NCBI RefSeq assembly: GCF_001194135.2
Contig: NC_068988.1
Coordinates: 95,847,201-95,911,200 of the forward strand
Length of the DNA: 64,000 nt
Reading direction: 5' to 3'
Origin: Octopus bimaculoides
Taxonomy: Eukaryota
Both the position numbers and the translations under genes were made by a program. Of the stretch, positions 39,621-52,249 are shown piece after piece (the stretch's first letter is position 1; each line of letters begins with the position of its first letter). Under the pieces are notes generated by a model that made no database searches, was not told where the DNA came from, and saw only the letters and a list, made by a program, of their open reading frames with translations.

Positions 39621-40406
39621 GTAAAATCTATTCACAAAAATAAAATATCTCTGGGATAGGAATATAGTTCTTATTTCATCAGTTTGAAACGAATGCGAGA
39701 TAATTTTCTCTTCTCTTGTTCTGGATGCTAGTCTCGTGTAGATAACTTCTCTAGAGAACCAATTCTTAGTCCGACATCGAAGAGCGAACTGAAATACAGA
39801 GACTAAAGTGTGTTGCTCAGAAGTAGAAAGTAATGACTGCATTAGATTTTACTCAAAATCTATGAAATGGGATGTAGCCAAGCCTTATCACTCAACTATG
39901 TTGCCAATGTTCCTTGAAATAGGGAATAGGCTGAGGGAATAACGCAAAGTAGAAGAACGAGAAGGGAATTTTCTAGATATTAAGTTTCAAATGATATTAC
40001 CAAAATATTCCCAGAATATTTCTTCTATTACTATCGACTGAAACTAGCCTTCCCGGCGGGGTTTCTCACTTATTCTTGAAAGCTAAGTAAAATGGAGGTA
40101 GGCTACATATAATTATATACGTATATTATATTAAATATCCAGCCTGGAGACTCGACTGAATGTCTGCTGTGGATATGAGCAAGAGACTCGTGAGTAAATA
40201 ATTCAATACCTTGGTCATTTTGTATCTTCAATTAAATGAACGATCTGAAAACTGCACTGTAGAAGCCATATTGGCCAATTAAGACAGACATGAGCAGTTA
40301 TATATATTCACTTTATTGCACACTTCGAGATACAGTGGAATACAATATCAGTGACCATAAAAGCTATACTGTGGAACGGTCAACCTTAATAGTATATGCT
40401 ATTAGA

Positions 40407-40473
<67 letters not shown>

Positions 40474-40510
40474 GAAGCAAAAAAAAAAAGAAGTCTCATT
40501 GCTATCAAGT

Positions 40511-40549
40511 GAATGATACTTCGGTATCTAGCATGCCTTCCACAGGTTC
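40511..40549 (-). ncRNA. Damaged inverted copy of the same hammerhead-like motif
   Basis: Minus strand GAAC CUGUGGAA GGCA-UGCUAGA-UACC GAA GUAU C AUUC has A15.1 to G, a 1.1 mismatch and a C-A mismatch in stem II. Confidence 0.5.
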
Positions 40550-40757
40550 AAAAAATAAACTTGTCAATCTACTTCCTTTTGGGTAATATTTTATAGGATT
40601 GAGGTAACTCCTCCAGTAGGTATACAGAAGCACTCTTCTTTNNNNNNNNNNNNNNNTTTTTTTTTTTTTTTTTTGCTTCTGTCTACCTACTGAAGGAGTT
40701 ACCTCAATCCTATGAAATATTACCGAAAATGAAATAGATTGACGAGTTTATTTTTTA

Positions 40758-40796
40758 AAACCTGTGGAAGGTACTCTAGATGCCGAAATATCGTTC
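40758..40796 (+). ncRNA. Minimal type-I hammerhead-like motif, variant core, best copy
   Basis: AAAC [CUG U G GA A] GGUA-CUCUAGA-UGCC [GAA] AUAU C GUUC. Stem I AAC/GUU (GAAC in the sister copy), 4-bp stem II with one U-G, palindromic AUAU, predicted cleavage after C40792. Confidence 0.62.
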
Positions 40797-40858
40797 ACTT
40801 GATAGCAAGAGCACTCTTCTTTTTTTTTTGCTTCTGTATATCTACTGGAGGAGTTTGC

Positions 40859-40942
40859 ATCACAGCAAACCACGGCGCATACCCAAGGCACACAGAGCTG
40901 CGCTCGGTAGTGAAGTGAAAGCACGTGATGAAAATAAGACTA

Positions 40943-40975
<33 letters not shown>
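40859..40975 (+). mobile_element. 3' UTR end of an RLE (Dong/R4-like) LINE with (AAT)n tail
   Basis: GCATCACAGCAAACCAC..CCCAAGGCACACAGAGCTGCGCTCGGTAGTGAAGTGAAAGCACG..ACTACTG then (AAT)n; recognised from memory of octopus RLE 3' ends, not verified. Confidence 0.5.
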
Positions 40976-40979
<4 letters not shown>

Positions 40980-41453
40980 GCGATGATGATGATGATTTAT
41001 TCGACATTAACGTTTCTGCCAAAGTGAATGTAGCAGTGTCTGTATTTTCAATGACCATTATAGACCAAATTGGATGAAACAGTGTAAGTTTAAAAATCAA
41101 ATTCTTTCGAAACAAATACAGTGTCGTGTGCTTTGAAAATAAATATTTCAAATACATTTTATTGATCAATGCCAGCTGTAATTTTTTTGTTTTTGTTTTG
41201 TTTGTTTTTTTTGTTTTTTTTTTTTCATTTTACTTTAGTTTTACTTTTAGTGATTAATTTCCTTGCAACAAAAATATCAGATCATGGCGAATGCAGTGAT
41301 AATGGAATTTCTGAGCTTGAAATTGTGTTTGCTTGTTCCTTCAAATCACTAAATCAATCGTTTTCGGTATCAAAAACATTTTTGATGATGTGTAGCGACG
41401 TTCTCCATATTCAGTGACACTTTTTTTTTCTACATTCTTTCTTACTATCTCTC

Positions 41454-41525
<72 letters not shown>

Positions 41526-42418
41526 TTTCTATCTCTCTGTCTTTTCTTATTTAAGAATGTCTATGCGATCACGTGTGTGTGTATCTGACACCTGTTTCCC
41601 AAAGGATTTCATTTCACCGAAAGCAGACCAAAGAACTGGACTGTTCGAATTTTAGATAGCTTAGTACCAAAATGGTCTCCACAGAAACCGAAGGATTTAT
41701 TATTTCAGTCGAAATGTGTGGTCAATAATGCGAAAAGGTGTCTGCTTTGATGCAAAGAACTCCTTCCTTAAAACACCTCTTATTCTACTGATTTGAGAAC
41801 CTCTTCAAAAATCAAAAAGAGACAAAAATAACCATGGGCGGTTGCTTCGAAACCTCCAGACTTTATACCCTGATTATAAATTCACATTTATACTAATAAT
41901 TGGTGCACTGTGGTTTGTGGATAGAAGCAAAAGTTACCGTCTGGAAAAGCTAGGCTTTCCAGAAACAGGAACCACCGAGCTAACACGTACATTATAATTT
42001 GTCAGTGGAACAGTAAATATATGCAAGACTTTCCTTAAGTCCAAAATGAAAATTTGTTTTCGTAACCTTACATTCCAGCGACGGAGTTTTGTATCTTTGT
42101 TGAAAATCATCTCCTTCCTTATAATTAAAATAATTAAAAATAGAACATGTATACGCATACATATATACACATACACGCATATACACACACATCATACACA
42201 CACATACATACGTACATCCATACATACATACATACATACATACATACATACAAGGTAGTCGGCATGAGCAACCACTTAGTTAACGTGGGAGACTCTTCAT
42301 TAAATATACGACGAATATTTTCTCCAACATTAATACAACTATCAACCTTGTTAAACGATTGCCTATTTTCTCATATTCATTGAAGATTGTACAATATTCG
42401 TCCCAATACACCCAACCA

Positions 42419-42465
<47 letters not shown>

Positions 42466-45400
42466 ATTTGCCACAAGCAACATGGCTGCACACGATAACA
42501 TCAACACTACGGCAAAATCGCCTGTCGAAGAAACCGAAGCTATGAAGTATATTTTTCTTGCAGTTATTAACTCAATAATGACTTACTTAAATGGTGCAAA
42601 AAGGCAGAAGATTTCATGTGACGGTTCTATAAAACAATGAAAACATGTCTGAACGAACTGCGCCCAGAATTAAAACATTTTACGTCAAAGCAATTACGCC
42701 AAGTGACACTTATTGAATGTTAAAGGAGGAACCGATTATTGTAATTTCATTTCAATAAATGATGTGTGTAATTTTATTCCTGACACCATGTGGACACTGT
42801 CCTTGAACAGATAGGCCGCGAACAAGGAAACACAGTCGGCTCTGTTACCTCACAAACTACGCCCCACCCCCTCTACTTTAGGATAAATTTCCTTTGATCA
42901 AAGCTCAACCTGGCTCCCTTCATTATTTCTAATTGGGTTAAATCTACAGAAAAATGAAAACTGAGTTATCAGCCGTTAAAATNNNNNNNNNNNNNNNNNN
43001 NNNNNNNNNNNNNNNNNNNNNNNNNNNNNNNNNNNNNNNNNNNNNNNNNNNNNNNNNNNNNNNNNNNNNNNNNNNNNNNNNNNNNNNNNNNNNNNNNNNN
43101 NNNNNNNNNNNNNNNNNNNNNNNNNNNNNNNTATATATATATATATATATATTACATATATATACATCTATATGCTTATATATGGATTAAAACTTCTTTT
43201 GAATTTACACATACAACATATATACACATATATATATAACGCTTGTAATACTTATGAAGTCTTCCCAAGTCAAGGGGATAACTAAATCCAGATGAGAATA
43301 TCGCTGTAAATTCTGTTAAGCTAAACATTACGTTTCATTTCCTTGTGCTGTAAAAATCTAATTAAATCTGTCTCTAATTCCACTTTAAAACAATTTCATT
43401 ATCACTTTTCGTCGACTCCAACAAGGATTATTATCGATGCCTTCAATTTTTCAATGGTTTAATTATTGTAGTCAGTCAGTTATTCATTTTCCAATACTCT
43501 GTTGGTACACCTACACACAGCCCTCGGTCTCTAGTTGTAATGGTCACAAATGACATAGTTTTCATGCAGCCTATCAAGGAGAATTTAACGTGCAAGACTC
43601 TCTCTCTCTGTTTCCATCTTCTACTCCGGGGAGAAAATTAACTCAATGCTACAAGTTAACCAGTTCTAAAACTATTTCTATTTGAAGTAGTTGCAGACTC
43701 TTTCTACGTCATGACGTCAATTTACGGTTAGACAGACTGAGCCAATTGAGAAGTAATCTTCGTGTCATTGGTAAAAATAGAGACCCTGGGGTAAGATTTG
43801 AACGTCTGACCACGCAGTTGGTAGTCTAACACCAGAAAGGATTATTAATTCTTCGAGAAAGACTCTGCATGGGTGCTGGATCTGCTAGAAACATCAGCCA
43901 AATGTTTCTAAGAGAAAGGAATGGCACGTACGACATTGTAGTACTACTTCGATAAAAGAAAGAATGGTCTCAGTTGCGGTCGGTTAATCAGTTTCCTAAC
44001 AATTTACAAAATATTCTACATCGCGTTACAGAAACAATAGTTTATACAACGCAAATAGATTTAAATCTATCAAACTGGAAACGTGTCTGCACCATTCATT
44101 CGAAAGAAAACGTTCGATAAAATCTGATTTTTTTCCTTTTTTAAACTTAAAATATGACATGTTAGAAGTCATGGGATACGGTAAAGGATAACAACTCTTG
44201 ATATCTCTCTACGACGCATTTCCATACGATCTACGACGGTTAAATGATATTTTTTTTTTATAGTGCCAACTACATCAATAAGTTTGGTATTTCTCAGGAA
44301 ACAATACGTATTCTGCGTGCGAAAAGACCTCTCATAATAATAATATTTAAAAGATTATAAACTCTGAAGCAATTATCTGCCCCTTAAAGGGAATCTTCAC
44401 CCCCTCTCCTTCTCTCTTTCTCTCTTACTCTTTAGAGTGGCAACATCAGTCCCAATCAAATTTCCCAATATGCATTCTATCTTATACATATTCTGATACG
44501 CTCCTACTTAATTTCTTTTCTAAATATTTAGTATTTCATTTACAACTTCTTCTACAGAGCAATCCCTGCATCATCTGTCAACTGCAGCTTCCAGCAGTTT
44601 CGCTTTTACCCCCAAACACTGCCCTGTGTAGTATTGAGACTACCAGAGGATATCTAGAATTATCTGCCCTATTTCTACACACGGGTGCCTGTAGATACAG
44701 GTTTATATGAATGGATAGCTGTATATAGCATAATGTGTGTATAATGTATGCATGAGTGTATGAATATGTATAAACCACTATGCTCCTCCCTACATCACAC
44801 GCATCGTCTCGTTTCATTGTTTCTATTCTTTTTCTGCCCATTCTTGTTCGCATTTCTCTTTATTCTGTCTCACCTCCCATTCTCTCACATAAACATACCG
44901 AAACACATACACACACTTGCACAAACACATATACACAAACATACAAATAGACAAACACACAAATGCACAAACACACACACACACACACACAGGCTCTCTT
45001 TCCCCCTCGCTCTCTTTCTCCCACCTTCTTTTTCTCTTTCTATCTATCTTTTGCTTTCTTCGCCATTTACATTAAAATGACAGATGTGTTTCTCTCGCTG
45101 TCGTTAGTCAACAGAGCGCGTCACAAAACACTTTAATCACTCATCATTCGAGCAGCTTTCGCCAGATTTCACCAGCTTTCACTAGTTTTCTAACCTTCAC
45201 TCACGAACTTGATATGTAAACACAATGAATAAATTTATTGATATTCCTCTCCGTATACTTGAACAATTGTCATTGCGATTATTTACCAAGGCCCATGGCA
45301 TCCATGGTCACTCCGATTTGTAAGTAGTGCAATTGTAGTTTGCTTTTAATGTCCTGAAAAATAGCAAATGGTAAAATAAACAGTGAAAGTCTCTTCAAGT

Positions 45401-45658
45401 AGATGTTTCTGCTCAGCTATTTAACCTGAAAACCTTTACACAATCCAATCACAAAATCTCACAGATCCTTTAGCTCTGTACAATATTCCTTTTGTACAAT
45501 CTCTCCCTCCCTATCTATCTCTCTCTCCCTATCTATCTGTCTTTCTCTCTCTCCCTCTGTCTTTCATTCTTTTTTCTTTCTTTCTTCCTATCTCCCTCAT
45601 CGCTCTTTTTATCTTTACTGTCTCTTATTCCTCTTTACATATTATTTCTCCGCACACT

Positions 45659-45750
<92 letters not shown>

Positions 45751-45948
45751 ACATATGTGTGTGTGTATGTGTGTATATAAGCATGTATGCATTTGTTATA
45801 TATGTATTATATACATATGTGTATATAATATATATATATGTATATATAATTACATATACATATATATATGTATATGTAATTATATATGTACTTATATATG
45901 TGTGTGTATATTACATATGTAATTATATATGTACTATATATGTGTGTG

Positions 45949-46009
<61 letters not shown>

Positions 46010-46210
46010 TCGCACACACTCTGGGCAGATGAAAGAGCCATAGAATTGTAGACATTAGATAATTATCTACAAATATGGATTTCGAAACCTAAAGTTGCCC
46101 TGTGTCGGGGGACTATACTCATAGGAGCACTCGGCTCTAGTGGCTATATTGAGCACTCTCCTCTCCCTTCTGACTTTCCATGGAAACTTTCGAGACTGCT
46201 ACTGTATATG

Positions 46211-46269
<59 letters not shown>

Positions 46270-47013
46270 GCATACACACACGCACACATACATGCACATA
46301 CATTCACACAACCACATATATGCTTATACACACACACATACATACATGCGTACATATATAAATTTTACTATTTTATAGATATTGTTATTAATTAACAATA
46401 CTCGTAGACAGGCTAGAATCGAAGTGCTCAAGTCGAGCTAAGTTCCAATTTATAATTTGAGTGGAGGCAATACAAGCGGAAAACTAGAGGGACATGACCT
46501 ATTATCCAGCAGAATATTCAATATATATACACACTTACTTCGACATTAATAAAGCGGCATAAAGCTCAACATAACAGAAGTATTAATAAGATACAAGCAT
46601 GTAGACATATACATATTTTTATAAGCCGGCAAATATCTAAAAATATTTTAAAACATTTATGAATACATAGGTATTTTTTTAAATATATAAGTAAAATAAA
46701 TACAAAAAATACATATAATAAGATGTCGATATTATATAAAACATAGTGAATTATAAATTCACACGCTATACTGTGTCTGGTTCTTTTAAAATATGAAATC
46801 CATGTCATATTAACTGACACGTCTCCGAAACGGCCCGTCGATGAAACTTTTGGATTCATTGAACATTGTCTCTAGTTTTAGTATGTCCGTTTAAGGCTGT
46901 AAGATGTCTGACTCAATACTCAATGTCATTGTTGAGGGGTTAATAATGCATCTTATTTTGGTCTTGTTACTCTGATTTTAAGCTGAGAGCGTAGTGTGTG
47001 ATCTATCTATCTA

Positions 47014-47055
<42 letters not shown>

Positions 47056-48255
47056 TTTTATATATACACCTATGATTTATATATATGCACACACACACAT
47101 ACATAGATACATACATACATACATGCACACACACTCACACACACACTCATACTAATACATATTACAGAAAGACAAAAAGCAAGGAGTAGTGTGGATGAAG
47201 ATCAACAAAATATGGTGATTTTCCTCATTCACTTTTAATATATGCGTTGAATATCAAGCGAAAGCTGGTGTACTTCACGCTCTCTTAAATATAGCATTTA
47301 TGGCAGAGACATTGTTTTGTGAGGTGATTATTTAGAAAATGTTGGTGAAGCTTTTTTGTGTTATAGGGACGTTAGTTTCGCTTTGTTGGTTTGTCGAGCT
47401 GAAATGGAGGAGGAATGAGCAAGATACTAATTTCCCTGAATAAAGAAAGTTATTGTGTGTTGCACACCTGAAAAAGCTGGATTGTTCCATTGTCACATAA
47501 AGAAACTATTTCTAATTTTTTTGTTTTTTATTGAAAGAAATAATAAACAAAACCAAAATAAGAATTTAGTGAATCGTCAATCTGAAACTGCAAGAGCAAA
47601 AAATGTTATCTTTTAGTTTTTTTATTATTTTATTTCTTTCTGTCATTGGAATGTGGTCTAGCTGGGGCACCACCGAACGCTAGGAAAAATGAAATGAATA
47701 TATGAGAAAATGTAAAGGAATGACTGAAGAGATGGATTATCTATTGATAGACAAGCAGTCGCAAGTTCTCCGTGAAATTTTGTGTTCAACAGTGTTAGAA
47801 GAATTTAATGAATACCTGCTACAGAAATCGTAAGAGAAACGATGCTATTAATATCGTACGGTTGTAAAATGTGTCTGTTTTAAGTATGAAACACAGATTG
47901 ATATTTTAAACTAATACTGCACTTCTTTTGTTGCACATTACGAATTTATATTCAGTCGACCAGCTAATCACAACGTCAGTGATTTTCTAGTCACTGTTTT
48001 CCTATATCAGTGACGAGGGATTTTGTCTTAGCATGTCGTTGTCAGTAGATACTCGCTACAGACGAAGCCAAAAGAGGTAGAAATGCACACCTAACAAAAC
48101 CATCACAGCTGCTGGACGATTTTCGTTTGCTGCTGATATATTCTTATATCTTTTTAACACTGCACGTCAACAAGAAATACTATCTCAGAACGAATACTGC
48201 AGTTGATTAGGTATTTTCCATGATGTATCTACTTTAAGTATGATCGATCCACAGG

Positions 48256-48287
<32 letters not shown>

Positions 48288-48898
48288 NNNNNNNNNNNNN
48301 NNNNNNNNNNNNNNNNNNNNNNNNNNNNNNNNNNNNNNNNNNNNNNNNNNNNNNNNNNNNNNNNNNNNNNNNNNNNNNNNNNNNNNNNNNNNNNNNNNNN
48401 NNNNNNNNNNNNNNNNNNNNNNNNNNNNNNNNNNNNNNNNNNNNNNNNNNNNNNNNNNNNNNNNNNNNNNNNNNNNNNNNNNNNNNNNNNNNNNNNNNNN
48501 NNNNNNNNNNNNNNNNNNNNNNNNNNNNNNNNNNNNNNNNNNNNNNNNNNNNNNNNNNNNNNNNNNNNNNNNNNNNNNNNNNNNNNNNNNNNNNNNNNNN
48601 NNNNNNNNTATATATACATATATATATATATGAAGAAAGAATGAGGGAGATAGATAGATAAATAGATTTGTGTTATAGATATCCGTCTCTCTGTGTATGT
48701 ATACCTCAAACAAAACCATTGTAGGATCTGAGAATTAATTAGTTAATTAAAAGAACAAGTTTTAATTTAATTTGAACATTATAATATCAGACGGTCTTTT
48801 ATAAAGATGAATCAGAATTTACACAATGAAAATATTGAAAAACTCTTAGACACACGTAAATATATCATTATATCTTTGAGTTTGGATATAGACTATAC

Positions 48899-49145
48899 TG
48901 TAACAGTGTTATAACACTACAAAAACTGAATCAGTAACAAACACATAACAAACTTATATCTCTTCTCAACGACTTCTACGACTGCCTTCACAAATGCAAA
49001 TGTACACACCACACTGTACCTTCCCCTGTTAATACGCATGCGCCTTTAAAAGGTTTAGGACAGTTCACTTGTTATCCCATAGGGGTGTCAGGATTTTACC
49101 ACATCTCCCCTTTTTGAACTTGACTTTCCTTGGAAGTCAATATTT
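48899..49145 (-). mobile_element. LTR retrotransposon 3' end: polypurine tract plus ~205-bp LTR
   Basis: Minus strand AAAAAGGGGAGA (49115-49104) is directly followed by TGTGG (49103) and ends GTTACA (48899), giving TG...CA termini. Confidence 0.65.
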
Positions 49146-49204
49146 TTCTTTTATTTATTATATATTTATTACCACCTCTCCCCACCCTTTTTTACCTAAT
49201 TCCT

Positions 49205-49520
49205 GGGAATATATATGACAAAGGGTTTACTGAAAGTATGAACAGCATCACAGAGAGGTTATCTCCTTGAAATATATCTCCACGATATTGCATTTTGATT
49301 AATGATGATAGAAGCACTCTCTGTATTTAACTTCAGATGGTGGCCCACGATGAAGTCAGGTCAGGTATGCCTTTCACTTGACTCTCAGGAACTTTAGCAA
49401 GTCGAAAGGCCTTCCAGCATCCATGAATTGAAGTCAAGGGCTTTCTTATAGTCCAGCCACATTAAAACCAAGTTCTTCCTATACTGCTGTACCTCCGAAA
49501 TTATAGTTTTGTTTCCCTTT
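49205..49520 (-). mobile_element. Reverse transcriptase fragment of an RLE-type non-LTR retrotransposon
   Basis: NKTIISEVQQYRKNLVLMWLDYKKALD..SWML..IFQGDNLSVMLFILSVNPLSY match the DYKKAFD and QGDxLS RT motifs; broken by frameshifts and stops. Confidence 0.88.
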
Positions 49521-49904
49521 AAAACAGAAAGTTCGTGCCATAGAACCAGAGTCGGTTTCGGGTAGGTTTGTATGAAAAGGGAAAGCGAATATATCAACTG
49601 GTTGGTACAGAGCTCCTCAAGAATCACTCACTCACTGACCACACCCACTATGTGATACTAGAATTCTTGGGCTAGCCTACCCCTGCATCCCACAAAATGG
49701 TCAATATGCTCTCTTAAATTTGAGGATGATGGTTTTATTACTATGAAATGTAAATTCCTTTGGACTCGTGATCGTTATATCTTGTCATATTTCGAAAATA
49801 ATACTTCGGCAATTTAAGGGCCACAAATATATAATGAGCAAAAAAAGATGGCGAACGTCTTAGACTCTCAAGAAAGGATCAAACATGATTATGTCGTATC
49901 TCAG

Positions 49905-50400
49905 TGAAAGATATTACACAAATGATCAGCAATTGCCCCCAAATGCCATTACATCTGACCTCACCCTATTGCGGTTAGATCTTATGGCTAAAATAATAAA
50001 CAAAACTAGCCAATGAAATACTATTCTGCGTTTAAATATAGACAATGTCTTTGTTATTGAAGACATAAATTCATATCTGCACAAAGAATATTTGTATAAC
50101 ATTCTCATCAAATCTTGCCTGAAGTGCAAATATAAACATAACAGACTTGATAGCGTTGTTTCAAACCGAAAAGAAAAGTTCTATAGTCATCGAAGTCAGT
50201 TGCCATGCAGATGTGAACATTCCTTCCAAAATCAATGTGGAGGAAAATATTTATAGAAAAATTCTTCGAAACCTGTAGCTTCTTTACCGTGATTATAGTT
50301 TCACATTTATGCCGATAATTAACGGTGCGTTTGGTTATATTTTAAGGAACACTCTCGAAAAGCTTTTCAAATAAAAGGTTTCCAAAGAAAGGCGATGGAG
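49905..50400 (+). mobile_element. RLE LINE 3' fragment (CCHC region plus restriction-like endonuclease)
   Basis: DITQMISNCPQM..KEYLYNILIKSCLKCKYKHNRLD..IVIEVSCHADVNIPSKINVEENIYRKILRNL*LLYRDYSFTFMPIINGAFGY. Confidence 0.82.
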
Positions 50401-50789
50401 TCTACGAAAGCCATGGACCTAACCTCTTTCTCCAAACGACAGCTACAAAAGATATGCGTGGAATGGAAATACCAGGCGTCGAAAGCATCGTTCTTTTCGC
50501 CGGAAACCTTAAGACTTATAGAATATTTTTATATAAATTAAAGTCTTAAGACACCTGATATAAAATTGCAAAACTTGCTTCCTTAGAAAGCAATAAAAAA
50601 ATAGACCGATTATGTTCGTAAGAACATACATGGATTTCCGTCGATTTCGACGATGACCATACCCGTTTTTCAATCAAAACCCTACTCACTGTAATTGCCA
50701 GGTATTCCATGTGTACTTTTAAAGTAATTCTGAAGTAGAATCAACGTAACAGTCAGTGACAAGGTGGGCCATTCAATTACACGTGCAAT

Positions 50790-50930
50790 CCATCAGAAAG
50801 GCTTCTGCACAGTTTCCAGTCACAAGATTTGAAACGATCTGAAGTTATGGTGCAAAACGTCTGCCCAATCGAATCTCAATGGAACCGAACCTCGGACCTC
50901 AGGTGTACGAAGAGTACTTCTTAACCACCA
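50790..50930 (-). mobile_element. tRNA-derived SINE, reverse orientation
   Basis: CAGAAAGGCTTCTGCACAGTTTCC..GGAACCGAACCTCGGACCTCAGG..CTTCTTAACCACAC; related to 35305-35420. Confidence 0.6.
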
Positions 50931-52249
50931 CACCCTGTCTATATCCATCACTTGACACGCTTCCTATACAGACTATGTTAAAAAATAAACTTCATTTGGT
51001 TAGATTCCATGAGAATATCTTGGTCAGCCTCGTATGTTTCATTGATGTGTAACTTTATTTCATCAAATAGTAACCGAAAAATTCTTATAGATGGACATCT
51101 TATCGATAAAATTGATCCAAGTGTTTCACTAGTATGCTGTGGCCCTGGATGAATCTATGGTAAATTAGGCCCCAGCTAGATTTGAACTCAAAATATAAGG
51201 ATTATGCTAAACACTGCCTAGAAGGAAATCTGTCGAACGCCTTAACATTTCTCACATCTTTATCGCCCGTACATAGTAAATACCAGCAATATTTGCTTAC
51301 ACACACACACACACATAAACCATTCACACACACACCACACACACATACGCACGCACACACATAACACACAAATACTGAAACACGTAAATACACACACATA
51401 AACACAAACACGCAAACGCATAGACACACACACATAATCATTAATCGGTGTGTTTATATAGTGTGCGTGCGTGTGTGTGGTCGAGTGCGGACACACTTGA
51501 ATACAGATAAATAATGGAGGAATGACATACTGGGAGGAATGACAAATGAGAATCTGTGAGTGTGTGTTTGTGCGCGTGCGTATGGATAGAAGATTAATCT
51601 GATGAAATTCTGAAATCCTATATGTTTGTCCACGTACATATAGACAACGTGCAAATATATTTATGAAGGTAAAGTTATCATTTATAATAACAATATACAA
51701 GTTTATATTCAAAGTTATCGCTAAGCAAATATATAAATTCATCTTGGGTCGATTGGATTTCTGCAAGATGTTTAAACTTATTGAATCTCCGTCATTTTAA
51801 CATCTCACTTATGACGTCATAAGTTTACCAACATTTAGTGGATCATTACCTTACACTCCTTTACGCATCCAATCATAAACTGAAAGAAAATCGGAAGAGA
51901 ACTCAATAGCTTGAATATGCTTTGTTTTGTTTTTGTTTGCTTTTGTTTGTTTGCTTTTGTGTCTTGTTTTTTAGTAAATTTCAGTAAAATATATCGATTT
52001 CTGTCACAGTTTATTTCTCCATTTCAACTCGTTCTGCGTGTAAACATGTCCGCAGAGTTAAGAAATTCGACTCACAATAACATGCTTCCAAATTCGAGCT
52101 CTCTACTCGGCACATTGAATAAATATCTTCCAACAGCCTGAAACAATGTATCGACCCAAGCCTTACGAGTGGAATTGAGTCGAGGGAAACTATGCTGAAG
52201 CCAGTAAAATAGACAGTGACCCTGCTACCAGTAACCTTTCTACCAGTTG

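Larger units (their letters stand above)
40473..40858. mobile_element. ~155-bp hammerhead-bearing repeat: one minus monomer plus ~1.2-1.4 plus tandem monomers (pLTR- or retrozyme-like)
   Basis: Arms 40473-40631 and 40675-40835 are inverted copies with scattered mismatches. GCTTCTGT recurs at 40675 and 40830 (period 155). Each full monomer carries the hammerhead-like motif. Confidence 0.7.

Noticed and set aside
39435-39842. 135-aa minus-strand ORF
   Set aside because: Its 3' part is a decayed SINE and the rest has no recognisable domain.
686-42903. Several ATCAAAG (TCF/LEF-like) sites, including the palindrome CTTTGATCAAAG near 42892
   Set aside because: A 7-mer this AT-rich is expected many times by chance in 64 kb, and there is no clustering.
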